Positions 10,294 through 19,912 of a stretch of 64,000 nt of DNA are shown here, piece by piece; position 1 is the stretch's first letter; the number at the start of each line of letters is the position of its first letter. This DNA is from Leptospiria bacterium. Lineage in GTDB: Bacteria > Spirochaetota > Leptospiria > Turneriellales > CBDBES01. Location: positions 1,228,178-1,292,177 of the forward strand of contig OZ253494.1 in assembly GCA_965262015.1 (NCBI GenBank). Direction: 5' to 3'. The notes under the pieces are model-generated. The model did not search any database and was not told the DNA's origin. It was given only the letters and a program-made list of their open reading frames with translations. The position numbers and the translations under genes are program-made.

Positions 10294-11088
10294 ATGGAAA
10301 CTAATAATGATATTTTAAAATTAGGTGCAAAAAAACTTCATTCTAGATTAATTCTAGGTACAGGTAAATACCTCAACTTACAATCCATGCAACAATGCCA
10401 TCAAATATCTCAAACAGAAATGGTTACCGTGGCATTACGACGGGTACCTTTACATGATATGTCAACTAAAAGTAATATTCTAAATTATATCGATACACAA
10501 AAAATTATCTTACTAGCTAATACAGCAGGAGTGGCCTCTGCTGAGGAAGCTTTAAGGTTAGTACGCATTGCATGTTCTATGAAGTTGAACTTTATTAAGC
10601 TAGAGGTGATTGCAGAAAGTAAAACCTTATTGCCTGATCCAATAGAAACTTATAAGGCCGTTAAACTTATAAGGGAGCATTACACAAAAGATGAACTCTT
10701 TGTTATGGTGTATACTAATGACGATCCTATTCTTGCACTTAAACTATATAATGCTGGTGCAGATTGTCTTATGCCTGGCGGTAGCCCCATTGGTAGTGGT
10801 AGAGGTATACAAAATATATATAATATGCGTATGATCTTAGAACTACTTCCTGAGGATGTGCCCATTATTTTAGATGCAGGAATTGGATCGCCTGCAGATG
10901 CGGTACTCGCTATGGAAATGGGTTTTGATGCTGTATTATTAAATTCAGCAATTGCACAAGCACAAGACCCTCATAATATGGCTTTGGCTATGTATCATGC
11001 TGTCCAGGCAGGCAGGTTATCATACCTATCTGGACGTATGGGGAAAAAATTATACGCAACAGCCTCAAGTCCTGAATTAGACATATAG
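10294..11088 (+). CDS. thiG: Thiazole synthase
   Basis: SRLILGTGKY, IKLEVI, LLPDPIET, SPIGSGRG, DAGIGSP. Confidence 0.96.
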   Translation: METNNDILKLGAKKLHSRLILGTGKYLNLQSMQQCHQISQTEMVTVALRRVPLHDMSTKSNILNYIDTQKIILLANTAGVASAEEALRLVRIACSMKLNFIKLEVIAESKTLLPDPIETYKAVKLIREHYTKDELFVMVYTNDDPILALKLYNAGADCLMPGGSPIGSGRGIQNIYNMRMILELLPEDVPIILDAGIGSPADAVLAMEMGFDAVLLNSAIAQAQDPHNMALAMYHAVQAGRLSYLSGRMGKKLYATASSPELDI

Positions 11089-11101
11089 TAAGCTGATAGA
11101 T

Positions 11102-12250
11102 TTATTCCCTTAGATGATTTAAAATTTTTCGGTAATCTTTTCCTATAACAAAAATTAAATCAGTAAATAAAGAGCGGTTAATCGCATAATAGATTCTCTG
11201 TACTTGCATAGTCTCAGCAGAGGATGTTAAATAAAAAGGGTTTGTATTAACATCCAATAAAATACTATTTTTGTAAGTATGGTGATCTGCATTACTAAAT
11301 TCAAGAATTTGAAATCCCTTGTGATTCAAATATCTTCTAAACTTTTGTGCTAGTCTAGGCGTATCTGTTCCATTACGTACTTCAATTGTAGGTGTTCTAT
11401 TTAAATAGTGAATTTTTTTTTGGTTTAACTTTCTTTTAAAGTCATTCAGATAGTATGAAGTTGCTGTTTTATCTATATAAAACTTGTTGTTGGCTTTGTT
11501 GATGGGTACTTCCCAAAAAAGAGGTAACCAATCATCATTACTAAATAATATATTGGATAGTATGCTTAGTTCCCTATAAGAAAAATTTGTTTTAACATTT
11601 TTGAGAGCAGCCTGAAAAATATGTTTATTTTGAAAAATTTTCCATTTTTCTTTCCTTTCTCGCCAAAAATTAAGTAGTATATTATAATGTCGATAACCGA
11701 CCAGAGACTTTACATATGCTGATCGTTCATCTAATTGTAGTAGCTTACGAGTTAAAGGTCCATTTAATTGAAATTCCCCTGTGGGAAGTATCTCGGTGTT
11801 AAGTATATCAGGCTTCCACAAAAAATAATTAATACCATCCGCTAGATCAATAACATTAGCAATATCATTTATATCACATATTATATAGTAGGGTATATTA
11901 AGCGAAAAATCTTTAGCAATAGTCTGTATCGTATGCTGAAAATCTTCTTTAAGCAAGTTATCACCAATAGTAGATGTACTTGTTTTATTAAATCTTGTAT
12001 CAGGGAAAAAACTAATAAAACCTATTCTTTTATTTCTAGAGTTAACGAGTGCAATGCTTATAAAGAGAGATTCTTGTTTTTTCGTTGATCCTGTGTGTTT
12101 TTTACTAATTAAAGCGATACCAAAAGTCTCTTTATGATATAGGTATATCTTAAGTTGCTTACCCCCAAGTAAGTAATATATATGGTAACCAAGATAGGCA
12201 AGTAAGGCACATAATAATAAGATAAGAGCAATATTTTTGATTTTGGACAT
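11102..12250 (-). CDS. LCP-like membrane protein with LytR C-terminal domain
   Basis: N-terminal TM; C-terminal IEVRNGTDTPRLA...NAD...DLIFVIGKDY LytR_C pattern. Confidence 0.72.
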   Translation of the reverse strand: MSKIKNIALILLLCALLAYLGYHIYYLLGGKQLKIYLYHKETFGIALISKKHTGSTKKQESLFISIALVNSRNKRIGFISFFPDTRFNKTSTSTIGDNLLKEDFQHTIQTIAKDFSLNIPYYIICDINDIANVIDLADGINYFLWKPDILNTEILPTGEFQLNGPLTRKLLQLDERSAYVKSLVGYRHYNILLNFWRERKEKWKIFQNKHIFQAALKNVKTNFSYRELSILSNILFSNDDWLPLFWEVPINKANNKFYIDKTATSYYLNDFKRKLNQKKIHYLNRTPTIEVRNGTDTPRLAQKFRRYLNHKGFQILEFSNADHHTYKNSILLDVNTNPFYLTSSAETMQVQRIYYAINRSLFTDLIFVIGKDYRKILNHLRE

Positions 12251-12258
12251 ACCTAACT

Positions 12259-14958
12259 CTATGGTGTCTGTTTTAAATTATTCTCAAATAAACTCATTTC
12301 ATCTATCTTAGTTTTTAAGAATTCATGACGCTCCCTGTCTCGCTCTACAAGATGTTTAGGTGCATTATTCACGTATTTATCCTGCATGAGTTGCTGATCT
12401 ATCTTATTGTATTCTTTTTCTAATTTAAGAATTTCTTTTTCTAAATTCTTTATTGTTTGTTCTATATTAATTAAATTTTTAATAGCAAGAAATAATATCC
12501 CTGTTTGTATACGGACAGAAATATCATTTTGTGTTTTCTGATAGTCTTGTTTTATCGTAAAATGAGAGAGATAAGCGAGTTGTTTAATGTGTTGTTCATG
12601 TGTTAGTAAGGTTGTTTCGAGAGAAGCGTCAATGGTTGTAAAAACAACCGATATTTTTTCTGTACGTTGTAGGCCTAATTCAGCACGCAGATTTCTTAAT
12701 TTATAAATGAGAAATTTCATTTTTTCCACTGTATCATAGGATGATATCAAAGGTAATGTAATAGATATTTTTTTAGGCCATTGACTAATCATTATAAAAT
12801 TATTTTTTTTGTCTTTAGGCCAGTAAGAATATAATTCTTCTGTGATAAATGGCATAATAGGATGTAATAACTTAAGTATATTACAGAAAATAAGATTTAA
12901 TACATAGAGTGTATTATCTCGTTGTTCCTTTTGTTGTAGACTAATTTTAGCAAATTCTATATAGTAGTCGCAAAAATAATTCCACGTGAATTCATAGATA
13001 GATCTAGAATAATCAGCAAATTTATATGAATCCAGGCTAGTCTCAATTTCTTGCAGTACACAATTAAATTGGTGTATAATCCACAAATCGATAGTACTTA
13101 GTTTAGTATCATAAATCTCTGATAGAGGGTTCGCCCTCTCTTGATTCATCCAAATGAAGCGTGCAGTGTTCCATATCTTATTACAAAAAGATCGATATCC
13201 TTGTAGTCTACTTTCATCGTACACAATGTCTTTACCTTCTGGTAAAATACTCATTAAAAAGAATCTAAAAGCATCCGTACCATACTCTTGCATTTTATTT
13301 AAAGGATCAATGACATTACCTTTTGATTTACTCATTTTCTTTCTTTGGGTATCACGCACTAAACCATGAATATAAACATGTCGAAAGGGTATGTCTTGCA
13401 TCACATATAAACCCATCATGGCCATTCTTGCAACCCAGAAGAAAATAATATCAAAGCCAGTAACCAAAACATTATTGGGATAAAATCTATTATGTAGTTC
13501 TGTGGGCTTTGGGATACCTGTAGAATTCATCAACGTCGTTTCATCCCATAACGTTCCAAAAGGCCATAAGGCTGATGAAAACCACGTGTCTAGTACATCA
13601 CTATCCTGTTTGAGTTCAATGTCCTCTGATAAGAGATATGTATTTCTTATTTTTGCTTCATCAAGACCCACGTAAATATGGTTGTTATTATCATACCATG
13701 CAGGAATCCTGTGCCCCCACCATAATTGTCTAGAAATACACCAATCTTGAATATTCTCTAACCAATCAAAGTATAAATTTTCCCAGCGGTTAGGAATAAA
13801 TTGGATTTTTTTATCTTTAACTGCTTGCATAGCTGGTTTGGCAAGAGGTGCCATATTAATAAACCATTGTAAACTTAAGTAAGGTTCTACGATAGCACCT
13901 GAACGATAACTATGACCAACGCCATGTGTATGTGTCTTAGTATTAATAAGATATTTTTGTATTTTTAAATCTTCTACAATTTGTTTACGTGCATGTTCAC
14001 GTGATAGACCTGCATATGTACCTGCATTTTTATTCATACGTCCTTGTGCGTCTATGACCTGGGTAATAGGTAGTTGATGGCGTAAAGAACACTGGTAATC
14101 ATTGGGATCATGTGCAGGTGTAATTTTTACGACACCACTACCAAAGGCAGGGTCTACCATGGTATCTGCTATGATGGGTATCTTTTTATTGATTAAAGGT
14201 ATGGTAACATATCGACCCACCATATTCTGGTATCTGGTATCTTCTGGATGGACGGCTAGGGCTTCATCACCTACAATTGTCTCTGGACGTGTTGTAGCTA
14301 CTTCTACATAATTATCTGTGTCTATTTCATACTTAACAAAATATAACGTACCATTAATTTTTTTATATTCAACTTCAATATTAGATAAAGCGGTTTTCTG
14401 TACAGGACACCAATGGATCATACGTTTATCCCTGTATAGAAGTTTATCTTGATACAACTGAATGAAAACATGTTGTACCAAACGGTGAAATCCAGGGTCT
14501 AATGTAAATCTAGCATGGTTCCAGTCAACACTCTCGCCTAAACTCCTTTGTTGTTGTGTAATGGTTGTACCCGAAGTATTTTTCCACTCCCAAATCTTGC
14601 TTTCAAATTTTTCCCTACCTAAGTCATCTTTGTAGATATTATCTTTAGCAAGCAAACGTTCTACTACACTTTGCGTAGCGATCCCAGCATGATCTGTACC
14701 AGGCAACCATAATACACTTTTCTGTTTCATACGGTGGTATCTTGCTAAAACATCTTGTATCGTATGATTGAGGGCGTGACCCAGATGTAGACTACCCGTT
14801 ACATTGGGAGGAGGTAAAACCATAGAGAAATCCCCATCTTGCTTGGAACTTTCCTGGTGAGAGAATAGATGGTTAGACTCCCATAGGGCATACCATTTTA
14901 TTTCTAGATCATGGGGTGCATATCGGCTTTGTAGATCTTTAGTAAAAGGATTGCTCAT
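12259..14958 (-). CDS. valS: Valine--tRNA ligase
   Basis: PPPNVTGSLHLGH, DHAGIATQ, DWCISRQLWWGHRIP, KMSKS. Confidence 0.98.
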   Translation of the reverse strand: MSNPFTKDLQSRYAPHDLEIKWYALWESNHLFSHQESSKQDGDFSMVLPPPNVTGSLHLGHALNHTIQDVLARYHRMKQKSVLWLPGTDHAGIATQSVVERLLAKDNIYKDDLGREKFESKIWEWKNTSGTTITQQQRSLGESVDWNHARFTLDPGFHRLVQHVFIQLYQDKLLYRDKRMIHWCPVQKTALSNIEVEYKKINGTLYFVKYEIDTDNYVEVATTRPETIVGDEALAVHPEDTRYQNMVGRYVTIPLINKKIPIIADTMVDPAFGSGVVKITPAHDPNDYQCSLRHQLPITQVIDAQGRMNKNAGTYAGLSREHARKQIVEDLKIQKYLINTKTHTHGVGHSYRSGAIVEPYLSLQWFINMAPLAKPAMQAVKDKKIQFIPNRWENLYFDWLENIQDWCISRQLWWGHRIPAWYDNNNHIYVGLDEAKIRNTYLLSEDIELKQDSDVLDTWFSSALWPFGTLWDETTLMNSTGIPKPTELHNRFYPNNVLVTGFDIIFFWVARMAMMGLYVMQDIPFRHVYIHGLVRDTQRKKMSKSKGNVIDPLNKMQEYGTDAFRFFLMSILPEGKDIVYDESRLQGYRSFCNKIWNTARFIWMNQERANPLSEIYDTKLSTIDLWIIHQFNCVLQEIETSLDSYKFADYSRSIYEFTWNYFCDYYIEFAKISLQQKEQRDNTLYVLNLIFCNILKLLHPIMPFITEELYSYWPKDKKNNFIMISQWPKKISITLPLISSYDTVEKMKFLIYKLRNLRAELGLQRTEKISVVFTTIDASLETTLLTHEQHIKQLAYLSHFTIKQDYQKTQNDISVRIQTGILFLAIKNLINIEQTIKNLEKEILKLEKEYNKIDQQLMQDKYVNNAPKHLVERDRERHEFLKTKIDEMSLFENNLKQTP

Positions 14959-15683
14959 AAGTAACTAAAGCGACGTTTTAAATATTTTACTAATCCTTTT
15001 ATTACATGGATAATATGTTCTTTAGATAAATCAAATTCAATCTCTGCATTTTGCGGGACATCATATTTTTCATGTATACCAACAAAATGCTGTATTTCAT
15101 TATTCTCAGCCTTATTGTATAAACCCCATATATCTCTTTTTCTACACGCTTCTTGTGGAGTAGATACATAGACTTCAATATAATTTATACATAAACTACG
15201 ATTATACTGCCTTACCTCATTAAAGGGAGAAATAAATGAAGCGATAACAGTTACACCATTTCGCTCAAGTAGACTCGCTAAATAGCCCATGCGTTTTAAG
15301 TATACTGTTCTTTGATCTCTAGTGAAGCCTGTGCTAGGTAATAATGTTTTTACATCATCACCATCTAGACGTTCCACTGGAATATTCCTCTTTTTTAAAA
15401 ATCGGTATAGATTATCTGCGATCTCTTTCTTGCCACTACAAGGCAGACCAGTCAGCCACAGAACAAATGGTGTGTATCTTTCTTTCCCAAAGTGAATTCT
15501 ATCCCATATTCTTTCGTGAAGATAAAAAAGTGAAAACTTAACAATAATTTCTGCAAGACCCACCTGTATAGCAGCATTTATTTCGCCTGTGAAAAGAAAG
15601 ACTAAGATAATAGTTGTTATGCTATTAGTAATTCGATGCGAAGTAGTTTTACTAATACTACGTAGATTCGATTCTCGGTACAT
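14955..15683 (-). CDS. DUF2061 membrane domain fused to an adenylyl-sulfate kinase-like domain (degenerate P-loop)
   Basis: N-terminal RSISKT..HR...FYLHERIW (DUF2061); C-terminal WLTGLPCSGKKE, LDGD, SFISP. Confidence 0.82.
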   Translation of the reverse strand: MYRESNLRSISKTTSHRITNSITTIILVFLFTGEINAAIQVGLAEIIVKFSLFYLHERIWDRIHFGKERYTPFVLWLTGLPCSGKKEIADNLYRFLKKRNIPVERLDGDDVKTLLPSTGFTRDQRTVYLKRMGYLASLLERNGVTVIASFISPFNEVRQYNRSLCINYIEVYVSTPQEACRKRDIWGLYNKAENNEIQHFVGIHEKYDVPQNAEIEFDLSKEHIIHVIKGLVKYLKRRFSYL

Positions 15684-15764
15684 AAACTTTAATTTCCTTA
15701 ATCCAGAAGATAATATATAAACTTATTGACGCAACAGAGTAATAGAAAGTCATTTAATAGCGAT

Positions 15765-16361
15765 ATGGTGTCAAAGAATATATATTGGCATGGTGGGAAT
15801 ATCTCTACGGAAGAGAGAGAAGCTCAGATGGCACAGAAAGGTGCGGTAATATGGTTTACCGGATTATCCGGATCAGGGAAAAGCACACTCGCTATAGCAT
15901 TAGAAGAAGTCCTTTTTAAAAAAAAGAAATATACTTATGTATTGGATGGTGATAATATTCGCCACGGACTTAACAAAGATCTGGGTTTTTCAGAAGAAAG
16001 TCGTAAAGAGAATATTCGCCGTATTGCTGAGGTCGCACGTTTATTTCAGGACTCTGGTTGCATTATAATTACTGCTTTTATTTCTCCCTTTCGAGAAGAT
16101 CGAAAATTTGCTCGCAGTTTATTATCCTCCAATCGTTTTCTAGAAATATTTGTTGATACTTCTTTGGAGACATGTGAGAAACGAGATACAAAGGGTTTGT
16201 ATGAAAAAGCACGTAGTGGTGAGATACCAGAGTTTACAGGAATATCATCCCCCTACGAAGAACCTGATAAGCCAGAGTTAATTTTAAGTACAGAAGATCA
16301 TGACGTGAATAGTTGTGTGAATATGATTATAGAAAAATTACAAGCATCATATATTATCTAA
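15765..16361 (+). CDS. cysC: Adenylyl-sulfate kinase
   Basis: [40 protein letters not shown]; ATG at 15765. Confidence 0.95.
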   Translation: MVSKNIYWHGGNISTEEREAQMAQKGAVIWFTGLSGSGKSTLAIALEEVLFKKKKYTYVLDGDNIRHGLNKDLGFSEESRKENIRRIAEVARLFQDSGCIIITAFISPFREDRKFARSLLSSNRFLEIFVDTSLETCEKRDTKGLYEKARSGEIPEFTGISSPYEEPDKPELILSTEDHDVNSCVNMIIEKLQASYII

Positions 16362-16387
16362 TTTTATTAATTTTTTTCAGTGTTATA

Positions 16388-17071
16388 GTGGCGTGTACTT
16401 TACCTTCCTTGATTGTTACCTCGGGACCAACCCGAGAATTCATGGATCCTATTCGTTTTTTGTCCAATTCTTCTACTGGGAAAATGGGTTATTATATTGC
16501 TAAAGCAGGTATACACAATCGGCTTAAGGTCACTTTTATTTCTGGACCTGTGAATGAAAAATTTAGTAGCGTGGATGATGCAAATAATATACAAGTGATC
16601 TCAACAAATGATATGCTTGAGGCTGTTCTCAGGGTATTTTCCTCTAATTCTATTTTAATTATGGCTGCCGCTCCTGCAGATTTTAAGATTGAAGAAGTTT
16701 CTGATAAAAAGATTAAAAAAGTAGACCAAAGTAGTTTAACCTTGGTTCCTAACCCTGACATTCTATCCTGCGTGAACCAATATATTATTGAACATAAATG
16801 TGAACACACATATGTTGTGGGCTTTGCTGCGGAAACACATAATACTATGGAATATGCCAAAAAAAAATTAGTAGGGAAAAATTTAGATGTGATTTTTCTT
16901 AACAATCTTTTAAAATCTAATTCTGGTTTTGGCAAAGACACAAATGAACTTACTGTATTTTTTCGTAATGGTAATATTGCAAAGTGGCCTATGGCAACAA
17001 AAAAAGATTTAGGCATGCAAATTATACAAACTACACTAGCCGACTTTAAAACGATACATCACTCTTCGTAA
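16388..17071 (+). CDS. coaB: Phosphopantothenate--cysteine ligase domain (stand-alone CoaB, no CoaC flavoprotein domain)
   Basis: TSGPTRE..DPIRFLSNSSTGKMG, AAAPADF, NPDIL, VGFAAET; start uncertain (GTG 16388). Confidence 0.85.
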   Translation: MACTLPSLIVTSGPTREFMDPIRFLSNSSTGKMGYYIAKAGIHNRLKVTFISGPVNEKFSSVDDANNIQVISTNDMLEAVLRVFSSNSILIMAAAPADFKIEEVSDKKIKKVDQSSLTLVPNPDILSCVNQYIIEHKCEHTYVVGFAAETHNTMEYAKKKLVGKNLDVIFLNNLLKSNSGFGKDTNELTVFFRNGNIAKWPMATKKDLGMQIIQTTLADFKTIHHSS

Positions 17072-17811
17072 TGATTGGCATCATCATTGCTCTTTACGAA
17101 GAAGCGTACGTATTGATACATCGTTTTAAATTAATTCACACTGCTCTACCACATGAATATGTGGGGGTTATAGACGGGCATTCGTGTTCTATTTTTCTTT
17201 GTTCTGTTAAGGTAAGAAATAAAAAATATTTATCCAAGTGGTACGATCAGTATACATTTTCTTTTATTTTTAATATAGGATTTGTAGCGAGCTTAACTAA
17301 AAAATTACATTTAGGAACTTGTTTAACAGTGCATCAGGTATATCAGAAAACAGATAAATGGGTTTGTGATCCACCACCAGAATTATTGATTGGTTTATAT
17401 ACTAGCTTACTTACTGTACCAGAAATACTACAAAGCTCACAACAAAAGAAAACTCAAAGAAATGTATACAAAAATATGGTGGATAGTGCTGATATGGAAG
17501 CAGGTTATCTATGTAAAAAGCTATATAATCAATATGGATTTTCATTAAGTAGGTTTATCATTTATAAAATTGTTGGAGATACATTACATGATCGTAAATA
17601 TCTTTCTAAGGAAAGATATTTACGATCCTTTTTTAGTGAACAATCTTTCTCAAAAAAAATTATGATGTTACGTAAAGCAGGATGGTTTGCTGGAATGACT
17701 ATATATTTACGCAAACTATATCTACAACAATGTTTGCAAAAACAGATTAGAAAAGCTATAAAAAATACAGATAAAATCAATTTTTCGAAGGTGAAGTCTA
17801 GGCGATTGTAA
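17071..17811 (+). CDS. Nucleoside phosphorylase/MTA-SAH nucleosidase-like fold protein (divergent)
   Basis: [10 protein letters not shown] start, [18 protein letters not shown]. Confidence 0.55.
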   Translation: MIGIIIALYEEAYVLIHRFKLIHTALPHEYVGVIDGHSCSIFLCSVKVRNKKYLSKWYDQYTFSFIFNIGFVASLTKKLHLGTCLTVHQVYQKTDKWVCDPPPELLIGLYTSLLTVPEILQSSQQKKTQRNVYKNMVDSADMEAGYLCKKLYNQYGFSLSRFIIYKIVGDTLHDRKYLSKERYLRSFFSEQSFSKKIMMLRKAGWFAGMTIYLRKLYLQQCLQKQIRKAIKNTDKINFSKVKSRRL

Positions 17812-18880
17812 CGGCATCACTAAGATAAATATCTTGAATGGCATTTAACAATTCTATACCTTCTTTAAGAGGTTTTTGGAAAGCTTTTCTGCCACTAATA
17901 AGGCCCATACCTCCCCCTCTCTTATTAATAACAGCTGTACGAACAGCTTCAACTAAATCATTTTTACCAGAAGCACCGCCCGAATTAATTAAACCAATAC
18001 GCCCCATATAGTTATGGGCAACTTGATAGCGCACCATGTCAATAGGATGTGTTGAACCCATTTGAGAATACATTAGAGGATGTGTTTTTCCATAACTTTC
18101 CCCTGGCGGGGTAACAGCTTGATAGCCACCATGGATTGTGGGCAGCTTTTGTTTTATGATATCCGCCCCAATAGTCACACCCATATGATTAGCCTGCCCT
18201 GTAAGATCCGCACTACTATGGTAGTCCTTTTCGTCCTTTGTAAATCCAGGATTTCTTAAATAACACCATAAAACGGTAAACATTCCCAATTCATGACTAC
18301 GTTCAAACATAGCACTAATTTCTTCAATTTGCCTAGACGACTCATTAGATCCAAAATAAATAGTAGCACCCACTCCCACAGCACCTAATTCCCATGCTTG
18401 TTCTACACTAGCAAATAATATTTGATCGTGCCTGTTAGGTAGAGTTAGTAATTCATTATGATTTATTTTAAGGATCATAGGTATCTTATGTGCATATTTA
18501 CGTGCGACACTACCTAAATTACCCAGGGTAGTGGCCACAGCATTACAACCACCCTCAATAGCCAATTCAATAATATATTTAGGGTCAAAGTAATGGGGAT
18601 TTAGAGAAAACGAGGCACCAGCAGAATGTTCTATCCCTTGATCAACTGGTAGAATGGATAGATAGCCTGTTCCCCCTAGTCGGCCATGGTTAAAGGTTGC
18701 TTGTAAATTACGCATAACAGGTATACTTCTATTAGTGTAGCAAAAAACATCATCCACAAAGTTAGGTGATGGAATATATAGTTTATCTTTGAGAATAGTG
18801 TTGGACTGATGACTCAACAAATCAAAGGCCTTATCTTTTCCTATTAATTCTTCTATATCTGATAATGTATTGAATGCCAT
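17798..18880 (-). CDS. fbaB: Class I fructose-bisphosphate aldolase (DhnA/FbaB)
   Basis: [47 protein letters not shown]. Confidence 0.95.
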   Translation of the reverse strand: MAFNTLSDIEELIGKDKAFDLLSHQSNTILKDKLYIPSPNFVDDVFCYTNRSIPVMRNLQATFNHGRLGGTGYLSILPVDQGIEHSAGASFSLNPHYFDPKYIIELAIEGGCNAVATTLGNLGSVARKYAHKIPMILKINHNELLTLPNRHDQILFASVEQAWELGAVGVGATIYFGSNESSRQIEEISAMFERSHELGMFTVLWCYLRNPGFTKDEKDYHSSADLTGQANHMGVTIGADIIKQKLPTIHGGYQAVTPPGESYGKTHPLMYSQMGSTHPIDMVRYQVAHNYMGRIGLINSGGASGKNDLVEAVRTAVINKRGGGMGLISGRKAFQKPLKEGIELLNAIQDIYLSDAVTIA

Positions 18881-19240
18881 AGCCACCACAGAATTTAAGA
18901 ATAGATACATAATGACAAGTATTATACCTTTCCATATTCTAAAACGAAGTATTGATTGATTTTATTTTTGGATATTTATGTTTAAGATACATTGATATTG
19001 CTTTAGGTGCTATTTTTATCAATAATATGCAATGTATCATTGTGAAAGTACTTTATTTTTTAATAGTCATATTGCTGTCTAAAGATGACTCTACCAGTAT
19101 CCGTTTATCGTTATATACTCTCATTAGTCGTTCTCCTTACTTTTGATATTTTACCATCTTCGACAGCTTATGAACACCTTAAATTATCCAACTCCATACT
19201 TAACTTTCCATTCTAGTAGCACAAGATCCCATAAAAAAGG

Positions 19241-19270
19241 TTGACTTATATAAAATACATGTTATATAAT
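19241..19270 (+). promoter_or_regulatory. sigma70-type promoter of the NHL lipoprotein gene
   Basis: TTGACT (19241-19246), 18-nt spacer, TATAAT (19265-19270); implies the ORF-track TTG start at 19241 is really the -35 box. Confidence 0.5.
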
Positions 19271-19288
19271 CTTCGTGTCATGGTCCGT

Positions 19289-19732
19289 ATGATTAATACA
19301 TATACTTATTACTTAGCTACCTGTCTAACTGGGTTGCTTGTGTTCTCTTGTACGGGTCCACCAAATCTTCTTAATAAGTCTCCTTTGCAATCTAGTATAG
19401 CCCACTTTCGATTTGCCACAGAAGAGACTATAATAGACACAGGTGCCCATAAAATACGTATTAGGGCTAATGAAATCTTAAAGTATTCCAGAAGGGTCAG
19501 GTTTGTTGTGAGTGGAACAGCATTTGCACCTCGTGATTACGCATTCGCAACAAAGCCATTTGTTCTACATACACCAAACTATCCCAATCATCATGTAAAA
19601 AATATCATTGAAATGCCAGCAGGAACAAATCAGATAGATATCAGCCTAACCGTAAAAAAACAATTACGCTGTGAGATAAAAACCATCCAATTAAGCATAG
19701 AAAACCTTGATGGTAACATGGAAACCCTGTAA
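19289..19732 (+). CDS. N-terminal part of a surface lipoprotein (lipobox plus Calx-beta/Ig-like domain), ended by a premature in-frame TAA
   Basis: LLVFS-C lipobox; VRFVVSGTA...DY...IEMPAG..QIDISL Calx-beta-like pattern; same frame as 19913..22171. Confidence 0.62.
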   Translation: MINTYTYYLATCLTGLLVFSCTGPPNLLNKSPLQSSIAHFRFATEETIIDTGAHKIRIRANEILKYSRRVRFVVSGTAFAPRDYAFATKPFVLHTPNYPNHHVKNIIEMPAGTNQIDISLTVKKQLRCEIKTIQLSIENLDGNMETL

Positions 19733-19912
19733 CTTAGCTTAAAGCATATACCACCACCCTGTGTTATTACCATTGCAGGGGATGGTACGTCCGGTAGTAA
19801 TAACGGTCTTGGTACACTAACTCAATTTAATGGTCCTCGTGGTATTGTAGTAAATCATTTAGGGGAAATTTATGTCTCAGATAATAATTATATAATACGT
19901 AAGGTAACATCA

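Noticed and set aside
18952-19146. 64-aa plus-strand ORF (and 3451..3645 on the minus strand)
   Set aside because: Low-complexity hydrophobic translations typical of AT-rich non-coding DNA.
19730-19732. Genome-wide stop-codon reassignment (TAA read as sense)
   Set aside because: Many conserved genes here (purB, der, trpC, dapA) end correctly at TAA.
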